Shown: positions 28,247-41,441 of the stretch, piece after piece | Position numbering within the stretch: position 1 is the stretch's first letter | Layout: each line of letters starts with the position of its first letter | DNA from: Intoshia linei | Lineage: Eukaryota; Animalia; Orthonectida | Length of the DNA stretch: 64,000 nucleotides | Assembly (NCBI GenBank): GCA_001642005.1 | Contig: LWCA01000028.1 | Coordinates: 9,511-73,510, forward strand | Reading direction: 5' to 3' | The notes under the pieces: generated by a model | Told to the model about the DNA's origin: nothing | Database searches by the model: none | The model's input: only the letters and a program-made list of their open reading frames with translations | Translations under genes and position numbers: made by a program

Positions 28247-31200
28247 TTAGTTTGATTCACTTTCACTGGTTCCCAGTTGCGTATTTATATTACTTTTGGG
28301 TTTTGATGTTTCAGCTAGGTTTCTAAAATTAAATAAAATTATGACCAAAGCATTAAGTAAAAGAAATAATTACACATCTTGAGTTTCGTTAGTTTTTGAA
28401 ACATCTGAATCAAAAATAAGTAATTTTTCCTCTTTGTCTTCATCCGCGTCACTAGAATCACCGCTAAATGGCCTAAAAATTTAAATTAACAAATTAACAT
28501 GTAAATTAAATAATGCATAAAAACAAATTAAGTCTACATGTTTTTAGATCGTTTCCTTTTTTTCATTGATTTTACTTTTTTCCTTCTTTTTCCGTCATTT
28601 TCATTTTCTGAAGACGAAGCAGAAAATATATCATTAATAATTTTCTTCTAAATTTTAAATTTTAATGCAAAGTTTACGAGCATTCTAAATTTTTCTGAAA
28701 CAATTCAGTCGTATGTTTATGATTAAATTAACTAATGCAATATAATAATACCGATAATAATATTACATACATGTAAAATTTTATATTCTTATTTCAATAA
28801 TATAAACCTTTTTGTTTTCATCTATTTTTTGGAAACTAGCTACTAGTTTAGACCTTTCAATTAAAGCAGCTCTTGTTTCCACATTTTCTTGCATTTTTTG
28901 ATCCATTTTTAACTGTTCCTTTTTCTATTTTACAATAATTATTATATTAAAAATTTAAAAATATGGGAAAAAATAACACGATAACAAATGAACAAAACAG
29001 GCTAATTCCTGGTTAACGGAATAATTGGTGCTGAAAAAACCTTATCACGTTAACGAGGAATTTTTTACAAATAATGTATACATTAAAACAGTGGTTCCAG
29101 ATTGGGGTCCAAAATTATATACTCGGGTCCGTGAAATTCAAATAAAATATACAAATTTTTGATCAACTTTTGTTTATTTTTATGGGAGAATTTTTAATAT
29201 TTAATACATAGTTTCTAGATGTTGATTATCCCATAGCCTAGACGACCCCTACATAATTGTTTCAAAAATCCCACTTTTATCCAACCATTAATAAAATTTA
29301 ATAAAAAATAGAATTTCAAATCCTAAGAAAGAATAGACTTTTACAGATATTTTTTTATCCCATATCGGTTCATAAGTATTATAAGCTCACATAGAACCCA
29401 AGTTAAAAAGGTATACTAATTATTAAAATTATAAGAATATTTCATTTTTTTGAAAAATTCGATTTTAGGGAACCTTATGAAAAAAATCCACTTAATCAAA
29501 TCACAATATTTAAATATTTCACAATAATAAAAAATTTGATTTTACCTACCCTTCAGGGAAAAATACCTTTTTTTAATATTTTTTTGAAAAACACGATTTT
29601 ACCAAATCATATCAGAAAAACCACTTAATCCAACCCCAACGTAAAACTCCAATATTACCAACGCTTAAGAGAAATGTCCTCTTTTTCCAATATTATTTTG
29701 AAAAATCTGATTATACAAAATCTGATGAGCAACAACTTCCTAATCGAAAACCCAAAATAAAAAATAAAATTTTACCAACCTCAATAAATAAAATTATATA
29801 ATGAAAAACTTTTGATTTTCATTCCATTTAACCTATATTTGCAGGTCATTTACTTCGATATAATCAACCATTATTATCATCATTAATCAAGAAAAAAATA
29901 AAAAATTTTTACGTATCTAAAGCTTAAGGCGCCAAAAAAGGTTTAGTATAATTATGATGCTAGTCATTTTAAGTTAAAATTTAACCAAATATTTGTAATT
30001 CAGAAAAATTCAATGGTATTTACAGAAAATAACGGTAATACCTCCAATTCAATTCTTTTGTCCAAATTCTCTTGTATAGTCTGTCGACGTATTTTCTCTT
30101 TTTGTTTACGATCCTGATCTAAAGCTCTAGATCTCTCTAGTTGGTATTTTGTTTGACTCAATAAATCGGAACAATTTCTAATTAATTTAAAATTAGAATA
30201 CATTGCAGTTAGGATATTAGGATTATTATTATATTATATTATTATTATATACATTGAAATTAGGATACATTGCATTTAAACGCCTAGTGGATACGTTGTA
30301 CATAATACACCAGTTGGACCACATTGACTGTGTCTGTGAGTCTTATACACACTATCTTAATTATCAACATCAAATTTGAGTATAAGACAAAAAGACCGGT
30401 AACAACTCGTTAAATACGATAATAAATATTAAATATTAAGTACAATTAAAATTACTGATGTTGAATTTTGGCCATGTTGAATTCAAACCTTTCTTGTACA
30501 TCATGATTCATTAACAAAGAAAAAATTTTCATGGCCAAATTTAAATTTAAAATGGCTTCTTCTACTTGAATTAATTTGGACCTTTCATCCTCCATATAAT
30601 TCCGAGCCATTCTCTGCAAAACTAGTGCTTGATTATAAATAATCATGGTACTAGTAGGCTGAATATGTCGAGCTTTTTTCAACACCGTTAAACAATCCTT
30701 TAATCGATTAAGACGCATATACGAACGCGCCAGGTACATTAAAATTTCAATATTAGGGTACTTGTAAAATTTGGCCAAACAATTTTCATACATTTGAATA
30801 GCAGCCATATAATGTTGTTGTTCAAAATATACATGCCCAATATTAATCCATACATCGCTAAACTCGTTTGTTGCTTCTCGAACTTGCGAAAAAACATCTC
30901 TCGCTTCATTAAATAGGCGACGTTGAGCTAAAAGACAACCTATACCATGAGCCGCCCAAATATTTTGATCGTCATTTTTCAATACAGTAGTATATAATTG
31001 CATGGCTCGATCGTAGTGTCTTTTATCCTTATCCCTATCTCGATTTCCAGACTGCAAAGACTGAAGCCAAATATTTCCTAAAGCAATCATTGAATAAGCG
31101 TCGTTTTTGTCCGTTTTCAATAAAATTCTTTCAAATTTCTTTTGAGAAGCGCCCCATTCATTTTTAAAATAATGCAAATTGCCAATTAAACTCCAAGCTT

Positions 31201-34200
31201 CCTTGTCGTCTTTATTATATTGTAATGCCGTCTTGTACCAATCGGATGCATTGTAAATTTGACCATTATCACGAGCCATACTGCCTAATCGAAAATAGCA
31301 ATCAACATATTGCGGACACTTTTTTAAAACTTGTTTATAAACATTGTTAGCCTCGTTGAATTTATTTAAAGCTTCGCAAGCCAGTCCGATATTATAATTT
31401 ACGGTATGAATGAGAGACGAAAAATATTCATCTTTTTTAATATCCAACTGTGTTTCTGCGTACATTTTGGCTTTTTTGTAATAATTTAGTGATTTTTCGA
31501 AATTGTTTAAATTATAATGCAGAGACCCAACATTGTTGAGAATTTCGACAGGTACCTCAATTTGCATAACGTTTGTTAAAGTTTTTATAAGTTTTTCATA
31601 TGTGTCTATCGATAGACTCGGATCGAAATTTTCCAAAACTTGAGCATACTCGATCCAAGCTTCAATATCATCATTATGGCATTTTGTAATATTTTCTAGG
31701 TATTTTCTCGCTAAATTCATTTTTTCGTGTTTCCCAGATTTAAGATATAAAGAGGCCAACATTTTCAAAGTTTCATAATTATCTGGAAATGTTTTCAAAA
31801 TTCTCTCTAATGCTGCAATCGCATTGTTGTATTCATGATTATTAAGATACATTTGAGCTAAGCCAAAATAAGGCAATACAAATTTACTACTACTGTATTG
31901 ATTACACTGAAAGTAATATTGAAAAGATTTTTTGTAATCCTTTTGAATGTGATGAACTTTGGCTAATAAATAACAACTTTCTGCTTTCATTGATTCATTT
32001 TTAGTATTCTGAAAGGCGTGGATTGCAAGACTGTTTACTTTCTTATAATCTTGTTTATAGAAAAAATGGTTCGCCAAATGATTTAGAATCATGGCTCGGT
32101 TTTGATCTAAACTGTATGCTTTAGTTAACAATTCAACCCCTTTTTTAACATTTTCAATTGTTTTTGAGTTTGTTTCAATAAGTGCCAAGCCAATTAATGC
32201 ACTAACGCAATTTGGATCTAAATCCAGAGTTCTCCTGTACGCAATTCTGGCTCTATCAAAATTTTCTAATTTTGTAAAACAATGACCTATTCCTACTCGA
32301 ATGCAAGGAGGTCCATTAGGGATTAGTCTTAAAACTTTTCTGTAAAAATTTAAAGATTGTTTATAATCTTTTGCATTGTATAACAAGCATGCTTTACCAA
32401 GCAATGCAGGTACGCACCTTTGATCCTAATAAATGTATATTATTAGAAATTAATACAAAATAAGCACATTATCCTATCCCACGATTAAATAGCTCGAGGC
32501 CATCCGAAAATGAAAACCAGGCGCCCCAATTTTTTTGAGAACAATTTGTACAATGAACAACATGTTGCCATATGCACCTATCCAAGAATATTTTTATTTT
32601 TTTTAATTCGAAATTTGGAAAAATGAGGCCCATTGGACCAAAATTTATATTTTTTTAAATTTTGTGGTTAAATTCGAAGTAAACTAGAAACAAGGATAAT
32701 GAAGGTTGTTTTATTACAAAATTTACTTAGCCGAAGATTTAAATAGACAAATTGTTGAAATAAAAAAAACAGACCGGAGGTGGAGGAAAGTGCGGCCTTC
32801 GAACAGTATATGTTTTCTCACCTCTGCACCAGACCATTTAAAATATTTTCAAAAAATGCCAAAAATTAGACACAGAAATTGGTTTTCGGAGATATTTTAT
32901 TAGAATGTAAATTAATAAACTCAGTTTGCACTCATGTATCATCTATGAAATATAAATATTACTCTACTTTTGTAAAATTCAACCAAAATTAGTAATCTTT
33001 TTGTTGGTTTTAAGGATAAATTTATATTTATCAAAGTACCATAATTTCGCAACATCCCACAAAAAATATTCCAAAATATTACGATGTTAAGAATTATTAT
33101 TATAATAGTAACATTAAAATAGAATTATATATTGTAATTGTATAAATATATTTCTGTGTTGAAATAAAAATTAACTCGGCCCAACCATACTCACTCGTTT
33201 ATATTTAAAAAATATCCCCCCGTATCCGTTGGAGGATTACACTTGAAACAATATAAGCGTATATAAATACCTTTGACAAAACATAATTAAATTGTGTTTC
33301 TGCTTGTTCCACCTTGTCACCTCCAATTAAACAAAAATAAGCCCTTCCAAGTAAATGGTTCTAAAAAGTAAATGAATACATTGAAATATTGTTTTTACAA
33401 TATTTAACCCGATACAGTACATGCAGTACCATATACAACAATGAGTGCTGGCAATCAATATAAATGTTTCCATAATTGTATATATTCATTTTTTTAAATA
33501 AACATTTTGTAGTAATTAATTTTGAAAAAAATTCACTTTTACCAACTATTTTGAGTAAATCGAATTTTATCAACCTAGTTAATTAGTTAGTCCAAAGTTT
33601 AATACTTTAAAGAAAATTAATTTAAAACATAGCATAATAAATTATTATAATGTACATTATGTTAGTTTAGATTTTTAAATTTTTTTTCGATTGCCAGCAC
33701 TAACCACGACTAAATTTACGGACAAATATTTTGCAATTTTTACTCGCCCTTTTCTATAGAATTTCTGATTAACCACTAGTACCTTCCTAGTAATTTAAAT
33801 TTTTTTATAGTTAGCCCTAAATTTTATACTCCATATTTCATCATGAGCAAGGGTGGTCGATTTTCTGGTACCAGCAATTTTTTTAAATATATAAATAACT
33901 AATTTTTAAAATGTAAACTAAATACAATAACGCTTGTAAGTCTCTTAAAATTTATAATATTTAGAACTAAGTACTCGGAAAAAAGTATTTTTCCTTCATG
34001 GTTGCTAAAATATTGGAAACACATTCTCGTAAGGTTTCGTAAAATTGAAATTTTTATAAAAATATAGGAAAAGAGATTTTCCCTTAACTTAAGTCTTGCT
34101 AAAATTCCATTTTTTTTGGATTGGATTAAAAGTTTTTTATCACAATGTTTTTTGTAAAATCGTAAGAAAAAGATAATTAAATAAAGGGCTTGAAAAGGTA

Positions 34201-35962
34201 TGTTTTATTAAATATTATTAAATTTTACTAATGGTGGGATAAAAGTGGGATTTTTAAAATAATAATTTAGCGGTCGTCTAGGCTTTAGGATAAAATCCAA
34301 ACATCTGGCAACTTTGCAATAATGTATTTTACAAAAATAAAGTAATTTTGCTGGTAATAATAAGGCACGTGCTTGTAACACATTTGACAATGGTCAAGAG
34401 GTTCTCAATCTTTTTCAAGAATCATCCCCTAAAGTTTAGAAGAATAATTAATTAGTTTAAGCTAAAGCGAAAATTAATGTATATCGCCAGTGGCGATATA
34501 TGTTCGCCACCTATAACGGTTTCACATTTTATCGTTGTATTTTGATTTTTTTCATAAAAAGTTTTATTTATTTTGCTTCTTTTTTATGTTTAAAATCACT
34601 TGAAATTTATATAAAAAAGATTTAAAAAAATTCAAAATCATTGGATGTGAAACCAATAATATTCAATATTTTAAACAAATATTTGACGTACGAGATACAC
34701 AAGTTTTGTATATGAAAAAAATTATATTTAACAAGAGGAAAGAACTCAAAAAAAGTATAAAAATAGTAATAAACGTTGAAATTTCATCTTTTTAAAAAAA
34801 AGGGTCAATTTTTGGAGGTAAAAAATATTTGTAAAACAAATATAGTTAAAGAAATAATTATGAAAATTCGTCTCGCCCATTGAAAACCTCTGATGAGAAT
34901 ATATTAACCATTACACATAGGCAGAAACCATGGCAGTAGAGTTGTGCTAGTGGCTATATGGCCGAGACCTACAATCATTCGGGCTACTTTTTAATTTATT
35001 AATAGGTAATGTTGGAAAATTTCTTAAATATGTCATAATTATAATGACCAATAAGATTTACAATGTTATTTTCAATTTTTGGACAATAAACGATCGATTA
35101 AACAATGTATAGACGTGCCAATTTAAAAAGAATTAATGGGGCCTACATTTCCAATTCTAACATCTGATCCGGGCCTACCGCTATCTCTCCACAGCCATTG
35201 TAGCAACCAATACAAACAATATATGTTAAGTAATCAATAATATATAAATTGGCGCCATACAAGTCATGAATATTAAAAAGGCGTTTTTTCCGCCCTACCC
35301 GTTGTAGTCGTCTAAAATAATGTAGAATGTCCGCAAAAAATTAAATTAAAAATGTAATCATGTTTCAAAAAATATAATAGTTTCATTCTTACACGACACC
35401 GTGATACTGTACATGCAAAAATCTAATCCAAAATTTTTACTCCAAATCAATATACTGGCAATAAAATTAAAAGATTACAATGTCATGAATATTAATTTTA
35501 TCAGCAATGGTGTAATTTTGGGTTGCTTTTTCAAAAAAAGTAGTTTTTTTACTGGAATCTTGTTCACAATGACCCATTTTGACATAATAAGCTGCAAGCA
35601 AATCTAATGCTTTCATTTGATCATCTTCAAAATTATCATAGGAAATGTTTGCAATTTTTGGAGCGGAAGTTAAAATGACTTCAAACGCTTCATAATTTTT
35701 TTGTCTGTAATATTCCAACTAAAATTATTTTTATTACTCTTAATATTAATAATTAAAATATTTAAATTTTTTAATTATAATTACGGCCAATTTTATCCAA
35801 ATGTGCAATGGAGCAATTTCTTGTTTTAAAATATTTAAAACTTCGCTTCCAGATGGTAAATTCGTATATTCCAATTCGATAGACTATTATTTAACTTTTA
35901 TTTAACCAAAATAAACACATTACCTCGCCTTGAGTGTTTCTTAGAGGAATTTCAATAGACAT
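28247..35962 (-). CDS. CTR9: PAF1 complex subunit CTR9 (TPR-rich)
   Basis: Starts [13 protein letters not shown].. then LEYYRQ. The 650-aa TPR exon has [28 protein letters not shown] and [12 protein letters not shown]. Short 3' exons end at stop 28247-28249. Confidence 0.95.
29270..29780. repeat. Copy of the minisatellite-bearing dispersed repeat in a CTR9 intron
   Basis: Same aatccacttaatcaa and ttttaccaa units as 11680-12300. Confidence 0.75.
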
Positions 35963-36339
35963 TTAAGTTTTAAAATTTAAATTGAAGTAATGTTTATTGG
36001 TTATCATGTTTTCAGATATTTTTATTATAAAAATAAAAAATACCAAATGTATCAATCATTTGATATCGAGCCAAAGCTAACATGCGTCAGGCTCTTTAAA
36101 AATCAAAAATTTATTTTTTGTTAGAATTAATTAAGAATCCGTACTCGGCAGAGCTAGATGCTGTTTGTACATAGTACATAACAGAAACCTACTTATGTAT
36201 ATAAAATTATTTTTACAAGTAATATCTGTTTACAACCACACTTAAAATAACCACTAGTTCAATAGTAAACGATCCAATTCCACGACGTTGATTAAATTGT
36301 AAAACAAACAACGTAAATGTGACTCAAGAATCTTGAAAT

Positions 36340-36553
36340 TAGGGGTGTCAGACTCAATTTGCTTGGCGGGCCAAATATGAAAAAAAATTATTACGCGGGC
36401 CGCACAAAAAAATCTTTACTCAAAAAGTTATGTTAAACTAACATATATAATTAATTTATAATAATTTGAATTCATAAAATGGAATAAGTGTAAACATAAT
36501 GTTAAAATTGTAATAATAATTCCATAATTGGGACCGCATAATTGACACTCCTG
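36340..36553. mobile_element. hAT-type MITE
   Basis: Ends aggggtgtcagactca ... ttgacactcctg, with gcgggccg subterminal motifs typical of short hAT non-autonomous elements. Confidence 0.6.
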
Positions 36554-36945
36554 CTCAAGACAAAACAATGATAATTTTCAAGTGGCATAAAAAAAATTAA
36601 AAATCTAATCTAATTAAAAAACTAAATTAAACTCAATATCGATTTTATTAATTATACATTGATCAATAAAATTGATTGATACTTTTCCTGACATCTTGAT
36701 TTACTGACATTGGTTGTGATTTTGTAATATTGTGCTTTTAACAATATGCATTATGTTTTCATTATAATGAACTTGAGCTAAAATTATTGCAATAGCAATT
36801 AAATTAGACACATTTAATGTTTTAGTAATAAATATACTTTTGCTCACATAATTACAATTATCAAAGTAATCTGAGAGATTGAAATTAATATACAAAATAA
36901 TTTTTATAATTTCAATTTCATCTACAAACATATTTAAAATAAAGA

Positions 36946-38141
36946 ATGTTATCTAACCTAACGCTCACAGTTAAAGAAAACATTTTACTGTTTTACAGAT
37001 TCAATCATGACTACTACTCAATGGAAAATTATAAAATAATATTAATTTCTATTATTTTTGGCATCCTTACTCTTGTAGGGTGTATAGAAAATGGATATAG
37101 TCTGGTAACATTAATTAAATAAATTATATTAAAAAAGTTTACTAAACATTTAGTACATTATTCTGTCCAGAAAAAAACTTAGAACATTGAAAAACATTTT
37201 TATCGGAAATTTAGCATTCACAGATATATTCATGTGTTCCATTGTTGAACCTTTCAATATTTATCAAATGATTGTCAATCAATGGGAGTTTGGTTTCATT
37301 ATGTGCAAAGTATAAAAAATTTGCTTTTTTATGGGTTAGTTTAGCGCAATAATGGGAGCCATTGCTTGTTTTGCTTCAACGTATACCATTATCACTATTT
37401 GCGTACATCGATATATTGCAATTGTTTATTTATCAAATACCAATGTAAAAAAACAAGTCATTGTCAGCTTTATGTTGATATGGATCACTAGTATATTTAT
37501 TCCTATGCCATTAATGTATCTAACGAAATATGATGGTATTTTTTAATATTATTATGATCTATCAACAATATGACTCATAACCCTGATGTTAATTTTATTC
37601 ATAATTGAGTATTCTTCATTTATTATCAAGTATTATTTAGATTTTAGATAATGTAATTTTAGTCTTCTACGTTAAGGGCAAAATGGTCAAAATATGTATA
37701 CAAAACCTCAATCATAAAATATTTGGACACTATGGATTAATTTTAATAATAACTCAATTTATAATTCCATCAATCTTGCTAATTTACATTAACTGCAGAA
37801 TAATTTCTTTAATTGTGAAAAGACCAAATTTTAATAAACAAATATCAAAAAAGACAAGTAAAAATGCAATTTCAATGTATGCAACGTATTCAAATTCTTC
37901 AAATGCTCGTAATGCTAAAAATATAACAATTCTATCAATTATTATATTTTTATTCATCGCAGTATGGCTACCACTAAATCTAGTTAATGTAATGTATAAT
38001 TATGGAATTAATATTGGAAATGTCGACATTGTATTGCCAGTTTGTCATTTTTTAGTGAGTCTCTCATCCTGTCTTCACCCAATAATATACGTGTGGTTAA
38101 ATACTACCATTAGACATGAATTTTTTATTCAATGTATGTAA
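36946..38141 (+). CDS. Rhodopsin-class neuropeptide GPCR, NPY/NPF/PrRP-receptor-like
   Basis: Four exons: MLSNLT (N-glycosylation site)...VGCIENG, LRTLKNIFIGNLAFTDIFMC..EPF...WEFGFIMCK, ICVHRYIAIV, QFIIP, VWLPLNLVN, CHFL..SSCLHPIIYVWLN. Seven TM segments. Confidence 0.85.
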
Positions 38142-38269
38142 AAAAGTAAATAATAAATGTATTGTAATAAAGGGTAATTATTCAAGTAAATAATTATAAT
38201 TATATTTATTACTAGTTGACTGTTATAATGATAATTTTCAATTTCAAAATCTTATATTTTCACGGTCAA

Positions 38270-39528
38270 AACTGTCAACTTCTTGACGCGTTCTGGTTAA
38301 ATTGTACTAGACACCTGTTTTATCGCATTCCACAGTGAATTCGTGATTCAATAGAATTATATTGGGTTCTAGCAGCATATAGCCCTTGCACTGGTAGAGT
38401 TATATGTATAGTTAATAGGTTATAAAAATATTACATCTTTATCATGCTCCAATAATTTTCTATTGGATTTAAAACTGGACTGTTAGGAGGCCAAATTATT
38501 AATTTTTCTCCATTAATAGCATTTTCTGATAAAAATGTCCTACTATATGGTCATACATGTGGAAGGTGAATCGTGCATGAATTTGAAATTGTTTTTAAAT
38601 TCTTCACTCTTTGAATTGAACCATGGAAAGTAGTTCTTCTCCAAAAACTCTGTGTAACTAACTATAAAAATTTAAACATGCCAAAATAGTGAGTATTACA
38701 ATTTAGAATTTAATTTTACGCCACTTGGAATTCGAAATGGTCCTAACACTTGACTATCAAGTATTACAGCCCAAAACATGACCCCTCCTCCATCTTTTTG
38801 GCAACGCAATCTAATCGGAACTTTAGCATCATTAAGTACCCAGCCTCTTGACCACCCACCCGGTCCATCTAAAGTTGCACGGCATTCATCAGTGAACATA
38901 ACCATATAGAAATTTATCTTTAAATTGACTTTAACCCAATTAAGACGTTTTACTTTATGAATTGGCTTTAAAATTGGTCTTTTCGTAGATTTTTTGACAT
39001 AAGAAATGGTTTTTAATACCCTACAACGAGTATTTCTCGAGAAATTGTTATGTTACAAGTTGTAAATAATTTGGAACTAGTGGCAAGTGGTGTGGTAGAT
39101 ATTTCTCGCCTTAATCGAGATAATTCTCGCAGTGTCATTACTTTTTTTTGCATATTTGGACCTATCATTTTAATTATTTAATTTTTTGATGGGTAATGAG
39201 CCCATTTTTTAATTTTCGATGGTCGCGTTTTAGAACTTTGGATATAAAGAGTTGTCTTTCCTCTGGCCAATAAGTCTGTTATTTGACTTTTTTCGTCATT
39301 CTTTTGTCTCATTTCAAATTTGCCTAACAAATTGACACACTAATTTAAGTATATAAACAATAATATGTGAATGAAAAGTTTTTTTTACAAATTAAATTTA
39401 GTTTATTTAATGAATAATATTAACATCAATTAAAAGCCACCTAATTACGAAACAAAAAATTAAGTTTTCATTATTCCTAAAGTTTATTAGATGAATTTTA
39501 GTGATCTGCCTAATAAATTAACACACTG
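38270..39528 (-). mobile_element. Decayed Tc1-like transposon (TRT/DD37E-like)
   Basis: VMFTDECRATLDGPGGWSRGW...GGGVMFWA and WPPNSPVLNPIENYW. One terminus (cagtgtgttaatttattaggca, flanked by TA) is at 39528, with an inner direct repeat near 39321. The left boundary is approximate. Confidence 0.85.
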
Positions 39529-39627
39529 TACATTGTAGTTTTTTTAATTTAGAAATACTATAACTTCACTCTACAAAGAAGTTTATTGCTATTTAAATTT
39601 TAGACATCGAAAACTGGAGAACTCGAA

Positions 39628-41420
39628 ATGACAAAAGACATTTACTTGGATAAAAACATTCAGATATGGGCTCTATTTCCAATCACTCTTGTTACGTTGT
39701 TGTTCAGTGTTATCAGGCATTACGCCACCTTTTTGTTTACCAATAAATCTCCAGATAATCTCAAACAGATACATGACACGTACCATTTTTTAATATTCAT
39801 AATATATTACGTTTTAATAGACAGGTAGTCAATAGATGCCAAACACTTCGCAAAAACTTTGGATATATACCTAAAAGGGTAAATAAGAATGTTTATTTGT
39901 AGTTATAAAAAAACTTATTTGTCTTGAAAATCACAGAAATTTTTCGACGCGTGTATAGATACATTTTCTCTAGTTTTATAAATAACTTGTTAATAATTAT
40001 AAACATCAAGTATAATTTTTTTGAGGTTTATCGTTATTTTAAACTAAACCATATTTAAAGTTTTTAAATTCATTGTTTCTACTTTTTTGATTTACGTTCG
40101 ATATAATACCTTTAATGTAGGCCTTTTTAATGAGATTGGATTATTTTGCGCTACGAGAAGATGCTTATCTGAAATTAAAACAAAAAAACAGTGAAAACCC
40201 TACACCTCAAGGTAAAACGTGTGTAATTATATAACAGCATTTTTAGATCCCATGGCCATGATGGATATGATGAAGGGCAATTTTTTCAATATATTTTCAA
40301 TGATTGTTATTGGAGGTTGGGTTAATTGGTTTTTCTCTGGGTTTCTAGCTAGTATGTCTATTTAATTTTATTTAAAAACACTTTATTTCAGCTAAAGTTC
40401 CTTTTCCTTTGACTCATAAATTCAAACCCATGTTACAAAGAGACATACAACTTAGATCTTTGGATCCTTCTTGGTAATACATTGGAATAATTATCTTATA
40501 TTATAATATTAATTAATTACTTATATAATGTGTTTTGTTTGTCTATGTGTTATTGTTTATTTCAATAACTACCAGTCTTGGTAGTGTTGGTAAGATAAAT
40601 TCCAACCTCTATCTTACGGGTGAAAAAGCCCAATTGTCCTTTTTTGAAAATCAAACGAGTTCGAGAATTTAAAAAAATATACTCTGTGATACGGATTTTA
40701 AAATTATAAATTTAAATTTAAAAAAATATATCTTCAAGGCTAAAACCTTAAATTACCCTTTTTTTTAATGAAAACAGTCCTAGAATTTTAAAAAATTTCA
40801 ATCTGACTAAGTGACGTCTCCACGGTCAAAAAAACATTTTAGTATTACGTTATTAGTTATATGTATGTAGTACAAAACCGTCAACCTTGTTATAATATAT
40901 TTTATATTAAGTTAGAGGTACTTCTAAACTTAAAAACACCGTGCTGTATTGAAGTTATGGAATATTAATTATATATAATTATTTAGGGTCAGTTCAATTT
41001 CATGGTGTTTTTTAAACTTTTTTGGGCTTCGTAGTGCTCAAAATCTACTTCTAAATGAAAAATCCGGTATACATGTTATGTTTACATAATTATCATTCAG
41101 ATAGCTCTATGATGCCAATGCCTGGCGCTCCAATGTCGGGAATGCAAGATATGACGAAAGCATACAAAGTATATATTAGTGTGTTCAACTTAGTTAGAAA
41201 CTTAGTACTTACTGAGTTTTACAAAATAAAAACTCAGTCAAAGTAGTTAATTAATTGTAAGTACTTTTTAAAAAAGTTTAACACAGTATATGTAATTATT
41301 AACTTGTAAATATATAAATGATTCATTTAGTCTGAAAGTGAAGCATTAACCTTGATATGCCATAAATGGAAATTAGATAACATTGTGGATGAAGTAATAG
41401 ACCGTTTCGAGAAAAAATAA
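39628..41420 (+). CDS. EMC3: ER membrane protein complex subunit 3
   Basis: [69 protein letters not shown] and DMTKAYK across about eight exons. Confidence 0.95.
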
Positions 41421-41441
41421 TTTTAATCGTTTAATTAAAAT

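Noticed and set aside
34480-34500. Perfect small palindrome tatatcgcca-g-tggcgatata
   Set aside because: Probably part of an intronic MITE end; no evidence for an RNA gene.
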